DNA of 55,764 nucleotides, taken from positions 1 through 55,764 of the forward strand of contig JBAZLK010000003.1 in the NCBI GenBank assembly GCA_041650335.1, in the 5' to 3' direction. Both the position numbers and the translations under genes were made by a program. Positions 37,501 through 43,385 of this stretch are shown here, one piece after another. The notes beneath the pieces are model-generated. The model worked only from the letters and a program-made list of their open reading frames with translations. It ran no database searches and was not told the DNA's origin. Origin of the DNA: Patescibacteria group bacterium. Lineage in GTDB: Bacteria; Patescibacteriota; Patescibacteriia; JAHIZJ01. The first letter of the stretch is position 1, and each line of letters opens with the position of its first letter.

Positions 37501-38622
37501 ACTGTTGAGCGAGCCTTCTTCAAGAGCTTGTTTGACCGTGATGCGGCGATTAATCGCGTCCGCGAAGTTCTCGTCGATCACGCAATTATTGGTCACGCGG
37601 TACTCGCTCGGACAGGCGGCGAGTTCGCTCACGATATCGACCGGTCCGCGCGCTCGAAAAGTTGGTCGGACAAGTTCGGCAAAGTACCGTTTGGCCGCGG
37701 AGACGCCGCTTGTTGTCATTTCAAAGCTATCTCCGCCTGACGGAAGGACGCCTTTTTCAAAAATTGTTTTGTAGAGCCGGCTGATCAAGGTGTTGGTGAA
37801 CAAGGAAAACGCATCGGCCAGCGGCTCGCCCGTATAGACTTTGTCGGCGGCCGTACTTTCTTGGATTGACAGGTTGGCAACCGTGTTGACGTATTCTTTT
37901 GGCGTTTTCGTAATGCCGGTCACCAAATCCTTCACGCCGAGAAAAGAGCTGGCTGTCTGCTCTAAACGCATTTTTGCTTCCGCTTTTGCGACCGCCTTTT
38001 CGGTCTCATCCATGATCAAGAAGTAAGCGCCGATTTGCGATGACTTAACATCAAAGACGTGCTGAAAATCGACCATGTCCTGAAGCGACATCTTGGATAT
38101 CTTGTTGAAATTCTTGGCCATGTTCGTCACCGGACAGGAAGCTTTCGGCTCGAGTGTTTGCTTGGCGTAGACACCGAGCTTTAAACGAATGGCCGGATCG
38201 AATGATATCGTACACAGGCTCTCGCCGAAAAGGCTCTGAAATTCCGTATCGAGAAATTCGCCAGCCGCGCCGTCGGCAACCTGAGTGAGATACTTTCCGG
38301 GGTTTGAGATGAAGAGGGGTTTCTGCCCTTTACCGCCCGAGCCGATGTAGACGGCGGTATCATAGGCGATCTTATTTAAGAAATATGAAAGACCTTTTTT
38401 CCAAGCCACGGCCGCGGCGCTTTTCAGTACCTTATATATGGCGTCAGTGACATTGCGATGCTCTTGAGCAACGTCTTCAACGGGAATAACGGCTTGAACC
38501 TTGGTTGGGACAAAATAAAACACTCCCAAGCTAACAACGAGTGAGAGCGATAGCATAACGCCGACGACAAGAGCGCGTAATTTTTTAGCTCGGTCTTTTG
38601 TTTGAGAATGGCTCTGTGACAT
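28567..38622 (-). CDS. Giant (3351 aa) membrane-anchored, extremely Cys-rich surface protein with CBM4_9-like and PKD-like modules
   Basis: Single uninterrupted ORF. N-terminal anchor KKLRALVVGVMLSLSLVVSLGVFYFVP. At least four jelly-roll/CBM-like modules start near aa 648 (NSSFETFTG), 830 (NSSFSIDSG), 1210 (DNFDDGDTAGW) and 2047 (YDFQFKNSSPW). Dense Cys arrays occur throughout. A PKD-like module lies near aa 3165-3260 (VTFNSMVDPEQMPIKKFVVDWGNNH...HTLTHDYTYG). Confidence 0.9.
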   Translation of the reverse strand: MSQSHSQTKDRAKKLRALVVGVMLSLSLVVSLGVFYFVPTKVQAVIPVEDVAQEHRNVTDAIYKVLKSAAAVAWKKGLSYFLNKIAYDTAVYIGSGGKGQKPLFISNPGKYLTQVADGAAGEFLDTEFQSLFGESLCTISFDPAIRLKLGVYAKQTLEPKASCPVTNMAKNFNKISKMSLQDMVDFQHVFDVKSSQIGAYFLIMDETEKAVAKAEAKMRLEQTASSFLGVKDLVTGITKTPKEYVNTVANLSIQESTAADKVYTGEPLADAFSLFTNTLISRLYKTIFEKGVLPSGGDSFEMTTSGVSAAKRYFAELVRPTFRARGPVDIVSELAACPSEYRVTNNCVIDENFADAINRRITVKQALEEGSLNSTGTFGFDQNGQEPEYTNGYPYRSLVILRKYRVIPSTWEAAALYIKNYVVPAQGFGLKELVDLYDDEKWTNPQGVQIDNPFYHLIDPNWVLKAPETYCKKEGPGEQLVADALVQLDDTTGDGVIDSRDTPSRQVERGSYCADERTCIQEADDGTCLFYGYCAEEKPIWRFSGTACQAYENTCQTFIDSKNKEVSFIESTVNHDSCSADNAGCQWYCQNYDNKEKGFVCSSPEHLVNPAEPDYLAAGDQIRLDNNVMKCSSGDRGCTEYIPVIAGSNLAANSSFETFTGTADDNDPDVFAADYSQWKWEFAGDTFATTDATDGTYAVRTSGEAAYYFDTESPVYHKKFTASFFAKGACDNIHVEIGGNHTGGAWMNYVDPLDSHRASADGWSRVVVTGQFGEVGDTDPPAPTSNPNQVAFKIFPNCEITLDGVQLELGEVTSYAMYDTANQAYLKNKAENYISNSSFSIDSGHDYYKDDTNDNYVAGDHQADGWVGTAIDATQGYGDYYSGSGGYQDVPIVYGTRYDVSAWVKGGGATPLLTECRDKNRAVVPDCDLTVAGADPRAQRETNTGRWDFVTFGVEADKPDAAFIRVLLSGGQFDQVSVSLSKDSIACRVDEVGCDMYTPDEKGDKVPAVVTADDYCPAEFVGCKDYQQMPVSNGTDQALVDRSGILSTTFIATTGKTCDAAYVGCEEYTNLDIVAQGGEGLEYYSAIRRCEQPNPTCATYYRWEGDDVNGFELVAEDLKGSTNSPPEMTAGGACGCDPNDFGCTQYYDQSGNSYYCPMFNTITCSEDCHPLRNTLDNTIYNAIPDQGVRCPANQAACREYRGSTGYNIRKIITDNFDDGDTAGWTGNVTWSTESLKAGGGSAKVTPNMSTAVSELVEDGKDYMIEFWAKAEADDAQITVKFGPNPAVNFVPVAGVTATNENWNHYVLGPAHFVGAPDPAEVLTIEAGAGFFIDNITVWETRDSVYLRYKTYQECPAQWVGCSLYTDSEGNDQYIQSFTNLCRPEKVGCTAAIETHNSTTAFPYEPADKGVKVEADNVRPVVNAAKYKCQAKAKGCEGLGLPSFDVEGRVTKFKTTYLINNPDEYDQTLCTKEETFCDQFQIGADSGSYTQFKQPNAQVCDFRKSLKYQGEVYDTWLKSGTDKFCPVQKYSCIGGNNPGAACFGPGDLASCNGGLCEQYPESPMPTKVCGPRLQETCRGGYRAGEKCNSQVDPKDPLYGCDQASGNNDGLCSDLTEVCYGGIRAGQACDSDADPNDAAYGCADANSSNDGYCAEKICQDDGQCPAGQKCTEYWVGKCQNGASGCSEYRDPQTPSPDKVTPDGVCLAGPNGGQNCKINADCPQSTCVFQGCNANCRAEYNDQGEFYRTDQQCRPYQNDALPPEYLSGCQPYYYIDNTLDSASCAGVVNKDEGCMLFNDTTNSQGLTYDSDLTYAKLDTNRGTPETCAGGGGCTADSNSVYKVDRDRVCNQWLYCKTSYEVEKSDGSKELTCYDIGNCRQLGTSGQCIKPVGEGQCENDPSRPCLIDADCGLTSHCIRTPKFENATPTVEYMNRLVSPPAHPTDLTFDHKTEVDNSVNYSGYARVGYNWRCSEDSNTVCWRDGICQGGDKDGMLCQVPDDCPGGVCPNNTACDLNNPTYCDQCVGETNVCQVIHGYYPTGSMQEIGIGMNLPNYDFQFKNSSPWEPRNINPPNALKAVEDPLDPTKQNWVMEVGGLTGADSGAKINLDSLIFDNQPLVISLKLRADQDSKIKVQLCYNDDAGPCQIFGTVTATMNWQIFTLPLGNAMVVNGVFKNTYLSIVDAGGNAGLQKFQVDDVMFQTLLEKKSTQMPPELPNDPRFVVRSCRLYPESNSLSCDYTKTTGTARKIYRGWKGYCLETDPKNRSICLQWWPVDVISGEADDTDQLVGYFGDAPLYYCLQGSFYEFRRPYGLSNGNCNYANHYSCEELGYHRKLCEKAIRGGGHQDKCLYVCVPNEIPDSDVCEYWSHSGGGGENLQYNWWDSNHQNGLNPIAPGVWQPFDGWLSHNHLGEAWPGNIGEVLAYRCDVIGQTVDPSGQNKAWAERIKGNYSQIWDLGVTFNDDANPYGSLTYPGSVGHAGNNVTNVPGDPATWDTDYTSVWGNPYEMTKDLGSKYQPIIYLWWDPQQQTGGGSFSPFAQDWGWTPYRGVEHGFDEVDYLSYPRAGVPYSCKHKANKRLYSWGWWTGFRYDRSEITICDDVFPNRYTATEQFSGPLTPGEPPPPNQPPTNYTATGGGLGLRRIQRIFADVYGVWVWSDGKCVDITTMGCFKANDPQYPFRGTGCENNDECNIGDGVCSGQLCISNDPDNPSPMTPCGCAPGEVCEMSQRCSNDPTIPCGLGACPGGGNACVAQRCVGGADAGSDQCNIANNCPTGSSCLIQGALKKCVSNLPAACDCPNIGSCASVSICKDTGLDCNAGQNCSKYCDNNVDGFGDYPGTQCIQDADCNAGILCLFANPAQVCWNRDRCSGDHTVTCLPAKACPAGYSCNINLKCTYDAIGQCDCRSGFCADGVCSGNPAGTLCASNNQPANYCPGGQNCIANADICRLNNARCDAGVCNGGVCEEKERCSGSGANCGNGSCEVGSSCVDKVCVGGTNAGRPCSGQGDCPEGSCAEAICGWNENGNPPGCGYWCGQACASDSNCTGISGGSCIQYNGICTGGDLLGNPCRVGQDATDCCEVPGACTNGVAECADWECEGGIRSGDNCTLGHIQAQHGQSKQLQYCNGLPDSAPDPTEAKYEPDLSLNSFKAAYTNAFNAMEQCKVHNGSGGLSDNRPNDITGFPFDFCWAQPTVFNIKINGRTGPVQIKNGSGTATVTFNSMVDPEQMPIKKFVVDWGNNHWESFPKNPGIPPRSDPNGPYHTLTHDYTYGDCGAAGGGPDTCYVRVFVEDNWDKGSGYCDNTGADCSSDQNCGGGTCVGACRGGTTPLSICQNQGQCQGAGAYCNSLFDGSIVITQ

Positions 38623-38629
38623 GGTCGAA

Positions 38630-39472
38630 CTATTGATTTACACCGTTGATCGACTCAAGAAAGATGGCCTTGAGCGTTGCGTCGTCAATCTGCGACAGCG
38701 TTTCCGCCGGCACGCCCGAGGCAATCATTAATTCCCTGATTTCGGCCGGCGTAAGCTGGCTCAGTTGCGCCAGTGTCTGCTGATCGGTTTCGTTCAAATT
38801 CGAGGCATTCGTATTGTTCGTTACCGGCAGATTGGTGTTGCTGTTTGTCGACTCTTGGGAAAGCGCCTCGGCATACAGCTGCCGGAGCTCGACGTCGGAC
38901 AAGGCATTGAGCGTTTCGGCTGGCACGCCAGCCCCCTTCAGCGCATCCCGGAGCGCGCTTATGGAAACGTCCTCTGGAGCAGGGTTGGTATTCGAGTTTC
39001 CAGTGGTGTTCGTGTTGCCGTTTTGGTTGCTATTTGTGTTTGTTTGTTGATTGGTATTTTCCCCCGCGTTGACGTTCGTGTTTTGGTTGATATTGTATAA
39101 ATTTGCGAGATTGCTATAGCCATTCGTGTTCGTCACTGCAATGGTGCAGGATTTTCCCTGCGGACAATTCGGATCGGTGCCATTTGCCAGCTCCGTGTTA
39201 TCGGAAATCCCGTCGCTGTCAGAATCAGCCAGATAGGGAGAGGTGCGATGAATTTTCAATTCATCAAAATCGGAAAGGGTATCATTGTCGGTATCCTTGT
39301 CGCGCAAAGCAAGGATTTCTTTCCGCGCATTTACCGAATCAGAGGGTGACTCGGTCAACCCGGCAAACGGACTTTTTAGAGAGCGCGAGAGCTGAAAAAT
39401 TCCCAAACCTATTCCGAAACAGCCCACCACAAAAATGAGCGACCAGAGAGTTTTTGGCGAGACTTCTTTCAT
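38630..39472 (-). CDS. Membrane-anchored protein with thrombospondin type-3 (Ca-binding) repeats, Asn/Thr-rich spacer and GVPAETL repeats
   Basis: 280 aa. N-terminal TM. DKDTDNDTLSDFDE and DSDSDGISDNTELANGTDP are DxDxDGxxDxxE-type repeats. N/T-rich low-complexity stretch. Two copies of a (A/S)GVPAETL(N/S)x(L/I)(S/D)D..L motif. Confidence 0.8.
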   Translation of the reverse strand: MKEVSPKTLWSLIFVVGCFGIGLGIFQLSRSLKSPFAGLTESPSDSVNARKEILALRDKDTDNDTLSDFDELKIHRTSPYLADSDSDGISDNTELANGTDPNCPQGKSCTIAVTNTNGYSNLANLYNINQNTNVNAGENTNQQTNTNSNQNGNTNTTGNSNTNPAPEDVSISALRDALKGAGVPAETLNALSDVELRQLYAEALSQESTNSNTNLPVTNNTNASNLNETDQQTLAQLSQLTPAEIRELMIASGVPAETLSQIDDATLKAIFLESINGVNQ

Positions 39473-39545
39473 TTTGTTTATTGGCTTTTGTTTGGACTTT
39501 AAATATAGAAACTAAACTCAGAAACTGTGTATATTTTACCCCACC

Positions 39546-39574
39546 ATTATATCACAATAGCCCTCGTGTGTCAA
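39546..39574 (-). promoter_or_regulatory. Perfect-consensus sigma70 promoter of the giant-protein operon
   Basis: Minus strand: TTGACA (39574..39569), exactly 17 nt, TGaTATAAT (extended -10; TATAAT = 39551..39546). About 65-nt leader to the ATG at 39472. Confidence 0.65.
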
Positions 39575-39575
39575 C

Positions 39576-40421
39576 TTAATGACTTTTGCCAATATTAGCC
39601 ATTAAACTATTTTTGCTGAGTTCATATAAAGCCCCCCATTGTGCCAAAGAAAGTTCTTGCGCCCGCGCGTTTTGGGGTACTTTGCATTTGTCAAATAATT
39701 CTGTCAGCCGCTCGCGGGTCAGGTGAAAACCAGCACTCAAGTTGTTATGCAGTTGTTTCCGCCGGGCTGAAAAGCCGACCCGGAGAAATCGAAAAAAATC
39801 TCGGTCCGAAGACTGCGGCTCTCGTTTTACAGTAATTCGCACAACCGCAGAATCAACCTCGGGTGGTGGCCAAAAGCTCGTCCGCGGTACCATAAAAAGT
39901 TTTTCAACCGCGCCATAGAACTGCACTGAGAGTGAGAGGAGGCTGTGCTCCCCGGGCTGGGCGACGATCCGATCAGCTACCTCGGCCTGAACGAGTAGTA
40001 CCAGCCGCACTGGTTGCGGTTTTTGCGAAAGAAACTCTCGAATAATCAGGCTGGTGAGATAATACGGAATATTCGCAACGATGAGATAGCCGCGGTGAGA
40101 GAGTGCGGATGGCTGCTGCTTCCGCCAACGGATAACATCGTCTCGTATGAACTGGACATTGTTCGCTGGGCCGACATTTTTATGGAGGAGCGGGATCATA
40201 CTCCGATCGTTTTCGATCGTGACAACGCGACCGGCCGCCGGTGCCAAAAGCCGAGTCAAATTCCCCGGCCCAGACCCGATCTCGAGCACGGTGTCGTCCT
40301 TCTTCAGTCTGCCAGCGGCAGCAATTCGTTCCAGAATCTTTTGGTCCAACAGAAAACACTGGCCGCTTTTTTTCGACGGGTGGAGACCAAGTTCATGAAG
40401 CTGCTTTTTTATATCCATCAC
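39576..40421 (-). CDS. rsmA: 16S rRNA (adenine1518/1519-N6)-dimethyltransferase
   Basis: 281 aa. SAM motif VLEIGSGPGNLT; IVANIPYYLTS. Confidence 0.9.
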   Translation of the reverse strand: MMDIKKQLHELGLHPSKKSGQCFLLDQKILERIAAAGRLKKDDTVLEIGSGPGNLTRLLAPAAGRVVTIENDRSMIPLLHKNVGPANNVQFIRDDVIRWRKQQPSALSHRGYLIVANIPYYLTSLIIREFLSQKPQPVRLVLLVQAEVADRIVAQPGEHSLLSLSVQFYGAVEKLFMVPRTSFWPPPEVDSAVVRITVKREPQSSDRDFFRFLRVGFSARRKQLHNNLSAGFHLTRERLTELFDKCKVPQNARAQELSLAQWGALYELSKNSLMANIGKSH

Positions 40422-41584
40422 AAAATATTATACAGCAATGACATGCCGCCGGCTAACAGAAAGGCAAAAATGAATCCGACCGAGACACCGAACGCCTGCA
40501 TGACCACAAAGATGCTCGCGATCGCGACAAGCTTCCCGATCACCAATGACATTTCCAGAAAAAGCACCCCTTTCATAATGTCATAACGCCTGGCCCGATA
40601 ATAGGTAATCGCGGTCAGCGGCACATAGACCATGTTTTTGGAAATCCGGGACAACGAATCCAGTAAAAATATTTGAATGCCGGTACCGGCGAAGACGCGC
40701 AGCGTCCACGACAACGCATAGAGTGCCGAGCCAAGCTTGATCACCGGATGCTTGCGGTGTTTATCGCACACCCGGCCCACATAGACCGTCACCAGGGTAG
40801 TAATCAACGTGGCGAGCGCCACGACCGTACCGACAGCCAGCGACGTCTTCATTATTAGGTAGATGAAAACCGGCCACAAAACGAGCACGACTAATTCCTC
40901 GCCGAAACCGAGATAGGCCAGAAACTGGCGGCGGCGTTCTTTTTTCAAAAGACGGCGATAGGCCTTAATATATGAAAAAGAATGTGGCGTATACGGTTGC
41001 CGCGAAATTATGAGCGGGAAGTTCGATACCGCGATCAGGGCGATAACAACGATAAAAAGCGCCTGGTAACTCGAGAACGTGATGATCAGTCCGCCAACGA
41101 GCGGGCCAACAATGTAGACAAGGCTGTCGATCACGCGCAAGGTGCTGATCTCCCTCGCCTGCTCCCGTTCGTCTGAATAGCGCGCGAAGTCCGCGTGATA
41201 ACCCGGCCAGTAAAAGGTCTTCTGAAAGGCGAGAAAAACCGGGGCGAAGAAGATCAGCCAGCGATGCTGGGGTAAAATAAATAGGCTCAGGTAGTAACAA
41301 ATGAGGAAGAAGGTGCTGAAAAGAATGCTTCGCTCGTACCCTCGCGCGTTGGCGAATTTGGCGCCCAACGGCATGACGATAAAATACAAACAATAGGTAA
41401 TGAAAAAGAAAATGAGTATTTGCTGGACGGAAAACTTGAGCGTATACAAATAGATCGGCTCGAATATCATGACGGCGGCCGTGGCTAGATCCATGATCGC
41501 GACCGTTAAATACAATTCTTTCACCGGCCGAGTGAGCCGATGGGCGAAAAAGTGGGGCAGGTTGTAGTTAAAACGATTAAACAT
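40418..41584 (-). CDS. MFS transporter (paralog A)
   Basis: 388 aa, about 12 TM helices. Collinear similarity to the 42213..43385 product. Its stop overlaps the rsmA start by 4 nt. Confidence 0.75.
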   Translation of the reverse strand: MFNRFNYNLPHFFAHRLTRPVKELYLTVAIMDLATAAVMIFEPIYLYTLKFSVQQILIFFFITYCLYFIVMPLGAKFANARGYERSILFSTFFLICYYLSLFILPQHRWLIFFAPVFLAFQKTFYWPGYHADFARYSDEREQAREISTLRVIDSLVYIVGPLVGGLIITFSSYQALFIVVIALIAVSNFPLIISRQPYTPHSFSYIKAYRRLLKKERRRQFLAYLGFGEELVVLVLWPVFIYLIMKTSLAVGTVVALATLITTLVTVYVGRVCDKHRKHPVIKLGSALYALSWTLRVFAGTGIQIFLLDSLSRISKNMVYVPLTAITYYRARRYDIMKGVLFLEMSLVIGKLVAIASIFVVMQAFGVSVGFIFAFLLAGGMSLLYNIL

Positions 41585-42203
41585 GGCGTCGTTTTTTTAT
41601 GACGCGCGTACCCGGCCGAAAAACGCGCATGCCACGACTGGTGAATTGGATGATGCCCGAAGGCCGGCGCCGCGGCAAACGACCGGCATCGATCACAAGA
41701 TCGGGCAGGTCTGACCGCCGGCCGAACTGCCGCAATACTTCTCGGATCGAGTTGCTCGCGGGTTGTCTGCTGACATTCGCGCTGGTAGCCGTGATCGGCT
41801 GGCCATATGATTTGAGAAGCGCGCTAACGAAGCGCTGCCGCGGCCAACGGACCGCAATCGTCTGCCGCTGTCCCGTGAGCCACAGCGGAACGCGCTTCTG
41901 TTTCGGTAACACAACCGTCACCGGGCCGGGCCAAACCGATTTCAGGTTTTTTTCGTCACGCACGGTTGTAGCGGCAACACGCTTGAGTTGCGCTTGATTC
42001 GCGATCAAGACCGAAATCCCCTTCCGCGCTGATCGCCCTTTTATTTTCAGTATTTTTCTATATGCCCGCCGGCTGAACGGATCAGCGCCCAGACCATAGA
42101 GCGTATCCGTTGGATAGACGATCGTTCCGCCGCGTCGCAAAATCCGGCAGGCGCGCCGGATAATTGACGCTTGGTGTGAGGCTGTCAGCCGGACTATTTC
42201 CAT
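41577..42203 (-). CDS. tsaC: L-threonylcarbamoyladenylate synthase (TsaC/YwlC/Sua5 family, short form)
   Basis: 208 aa. GGTIVYPTDTLYGLGADP and ITATSANVSRQPA motifs. Confidence 0.85.
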   Translation of the reverse strand: MEIVRLTASHQASIIRRACRILRRGGTIVYPTDTLYGLGADPFSRRAYRKILKIKGRSARKGISVLIANQAQLKRVAATTVRDEKNLKSVWPGPVTVVLPKQKRVPLWLTGQRQTIAVRWPRQRFVSALLKSYGQPITATSANVSRQPASNSIREVLRQFGRRSDLPDLVIDAGRLPRRRPSGIIQFTSRGMRVFRPGTRVIKKRRHV

Positions 42204-42212
42204 GTCGGCAAA

Positions 42213-43385
42213 TTAAATTACGTTGATAAAGAGAGAAAATATCGCCGCGATCCAAAACAACGTATTCAAGCCGATAGCGCCGACCAAGAAAAACAGCAAG
42301 ACGAAAACGATTATCCGGCCGATATTGAGCGACATTTCGCGGAAGACGCTCATTTCATCGACGTAATGGCCGGCGTCGGCCATTTGTTCATAGGTCAAGG
42401 CATCGAACGGCGTCCGCATCACCGTACTGGCGAGGTTGTGATAGGTCGAGGCAATAAAAATCTGATAGCCGGTCGTGACAAATGTCTTCGCGCCCCAGCC
42501 GATCGCGTAAATCACCGTGCCCCAGCGCAGCAGCTTGTGTTTGGAAAAGGCGTCGGTAAACCGCCCCATGATGAGCTGGACGACAATCGTCACTAAAACC
42601 GCCAATGTCGAGACAGCGCCGATTTCGAAATAATTGTGATTCAATATTTGATAGATAAAGAGCGGCCAGATTGACAGACCAATTCCATTCTCCGCTCCTT
42701 CGGCGGCATAGGCAAACAGCAAACGTCGGTGTTTCGTAACCAGGAGGCGGTAGGTTTCAAAATAGCCGTAGGAAAACTTTTCTCTCACCGGACGGGTGAA
42801 GATTAGAGGGAAGATCGAGAGAAAAACCAAAATAACCACGATGATCAAGAGATTTTGATACCCGTATTTGGCAATGATGAAGCCGGCCGCGATCGGAATG
42901 GTGATGCCGACCAGATCGGCGATGGCATTGAAATAGCTGAGCTGCCGGCCGCGATTTCGGCGGCTCGTGAACTCAGCCAGCTCGGTGTGATACGGCACCC
43001 AGTATAAACACCGCCAGATAGTCGTCATCCCGATGGCTATCAGGATAAAAGTCCAAACGCCGTTTTGAACGAAATAATACGCGACGTAGGAAAGGGCTAA
43101 AAACGGTATGCCGATCATCATTGACCGCTTCAAGCCCAACCGGCTCATCGCCCGGGCGCCCGGCTGGATGAACAGGAGGTAAGCCAGCCATTCGAGGATG
43201 TAAAACACGATCACCGCCTTGAGCGAGTAATTCAGCTTCTCGTACAAAAAGATGGGCAAAAATATGCCCAGCAGGCTCGTGGCCGCGTTCTGGATCAAGC
43301 GCTGCGAATAGAGCGCGATGATGTCGGGCGTAAACTTTCCCTTTGGTTTTTCGAGTGAAAAGGCCTCTTTAGACATTCGGGACAA
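42213..43385 (-). CDS. MFS transporter (paralog B)
   Basis: 390 aa, about 12 TM helices. Its start overlaps the leuS stop region by 17 nt. Confidence 0.75.
   Translation of the reverse strand: MSRMSKEAFSLEKPKGKFTPDIIALYSQRLIQNAATSLLGIFLPIFLYEKLNYSLKAVIVFYILEWLAYLLFIQPGARAMSRLGLKRSMMIGIPFLALSYVAYYFVQNGVWTFILIAIGMTTIWRCLYWVPYHTELAEFTSRRNRGRQLSYFNAIADLVGITIPIAAGFIIAKYGYQNLLIIVVILVFLSIFPLIFTRPVREKFSYGYFETYRLLVTKHRRLLFAYAAEGAENGIGLSIWPLFIYQILNHNYFEIGAVSTLAVLVTIVVQLIMGRFTDAFSKHKLLRWGTVIYAIGWGAKTFVTTGYQIFIASTYHNLASTVMRTPFDALTYEQMADAGHYVDEMSVFREMSLNIGRIIVFVLLFFLVGAIGLNTLFWIAAIFSLFINVI

Noticed and set aside
28570-38363. Dozens of 60-280-aa ORFs on both strands inside the giant gene, for example 34042..34878 (+) 278 aa, 33543..34109 (+), 29202..29780 (-), 36955..37740 (+).
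   Set aside because: All are nested within one continuous 3351-codon frame with coherent domain structure. Their compositions (R/S/P/A-rich) are typical of off-frame translation.
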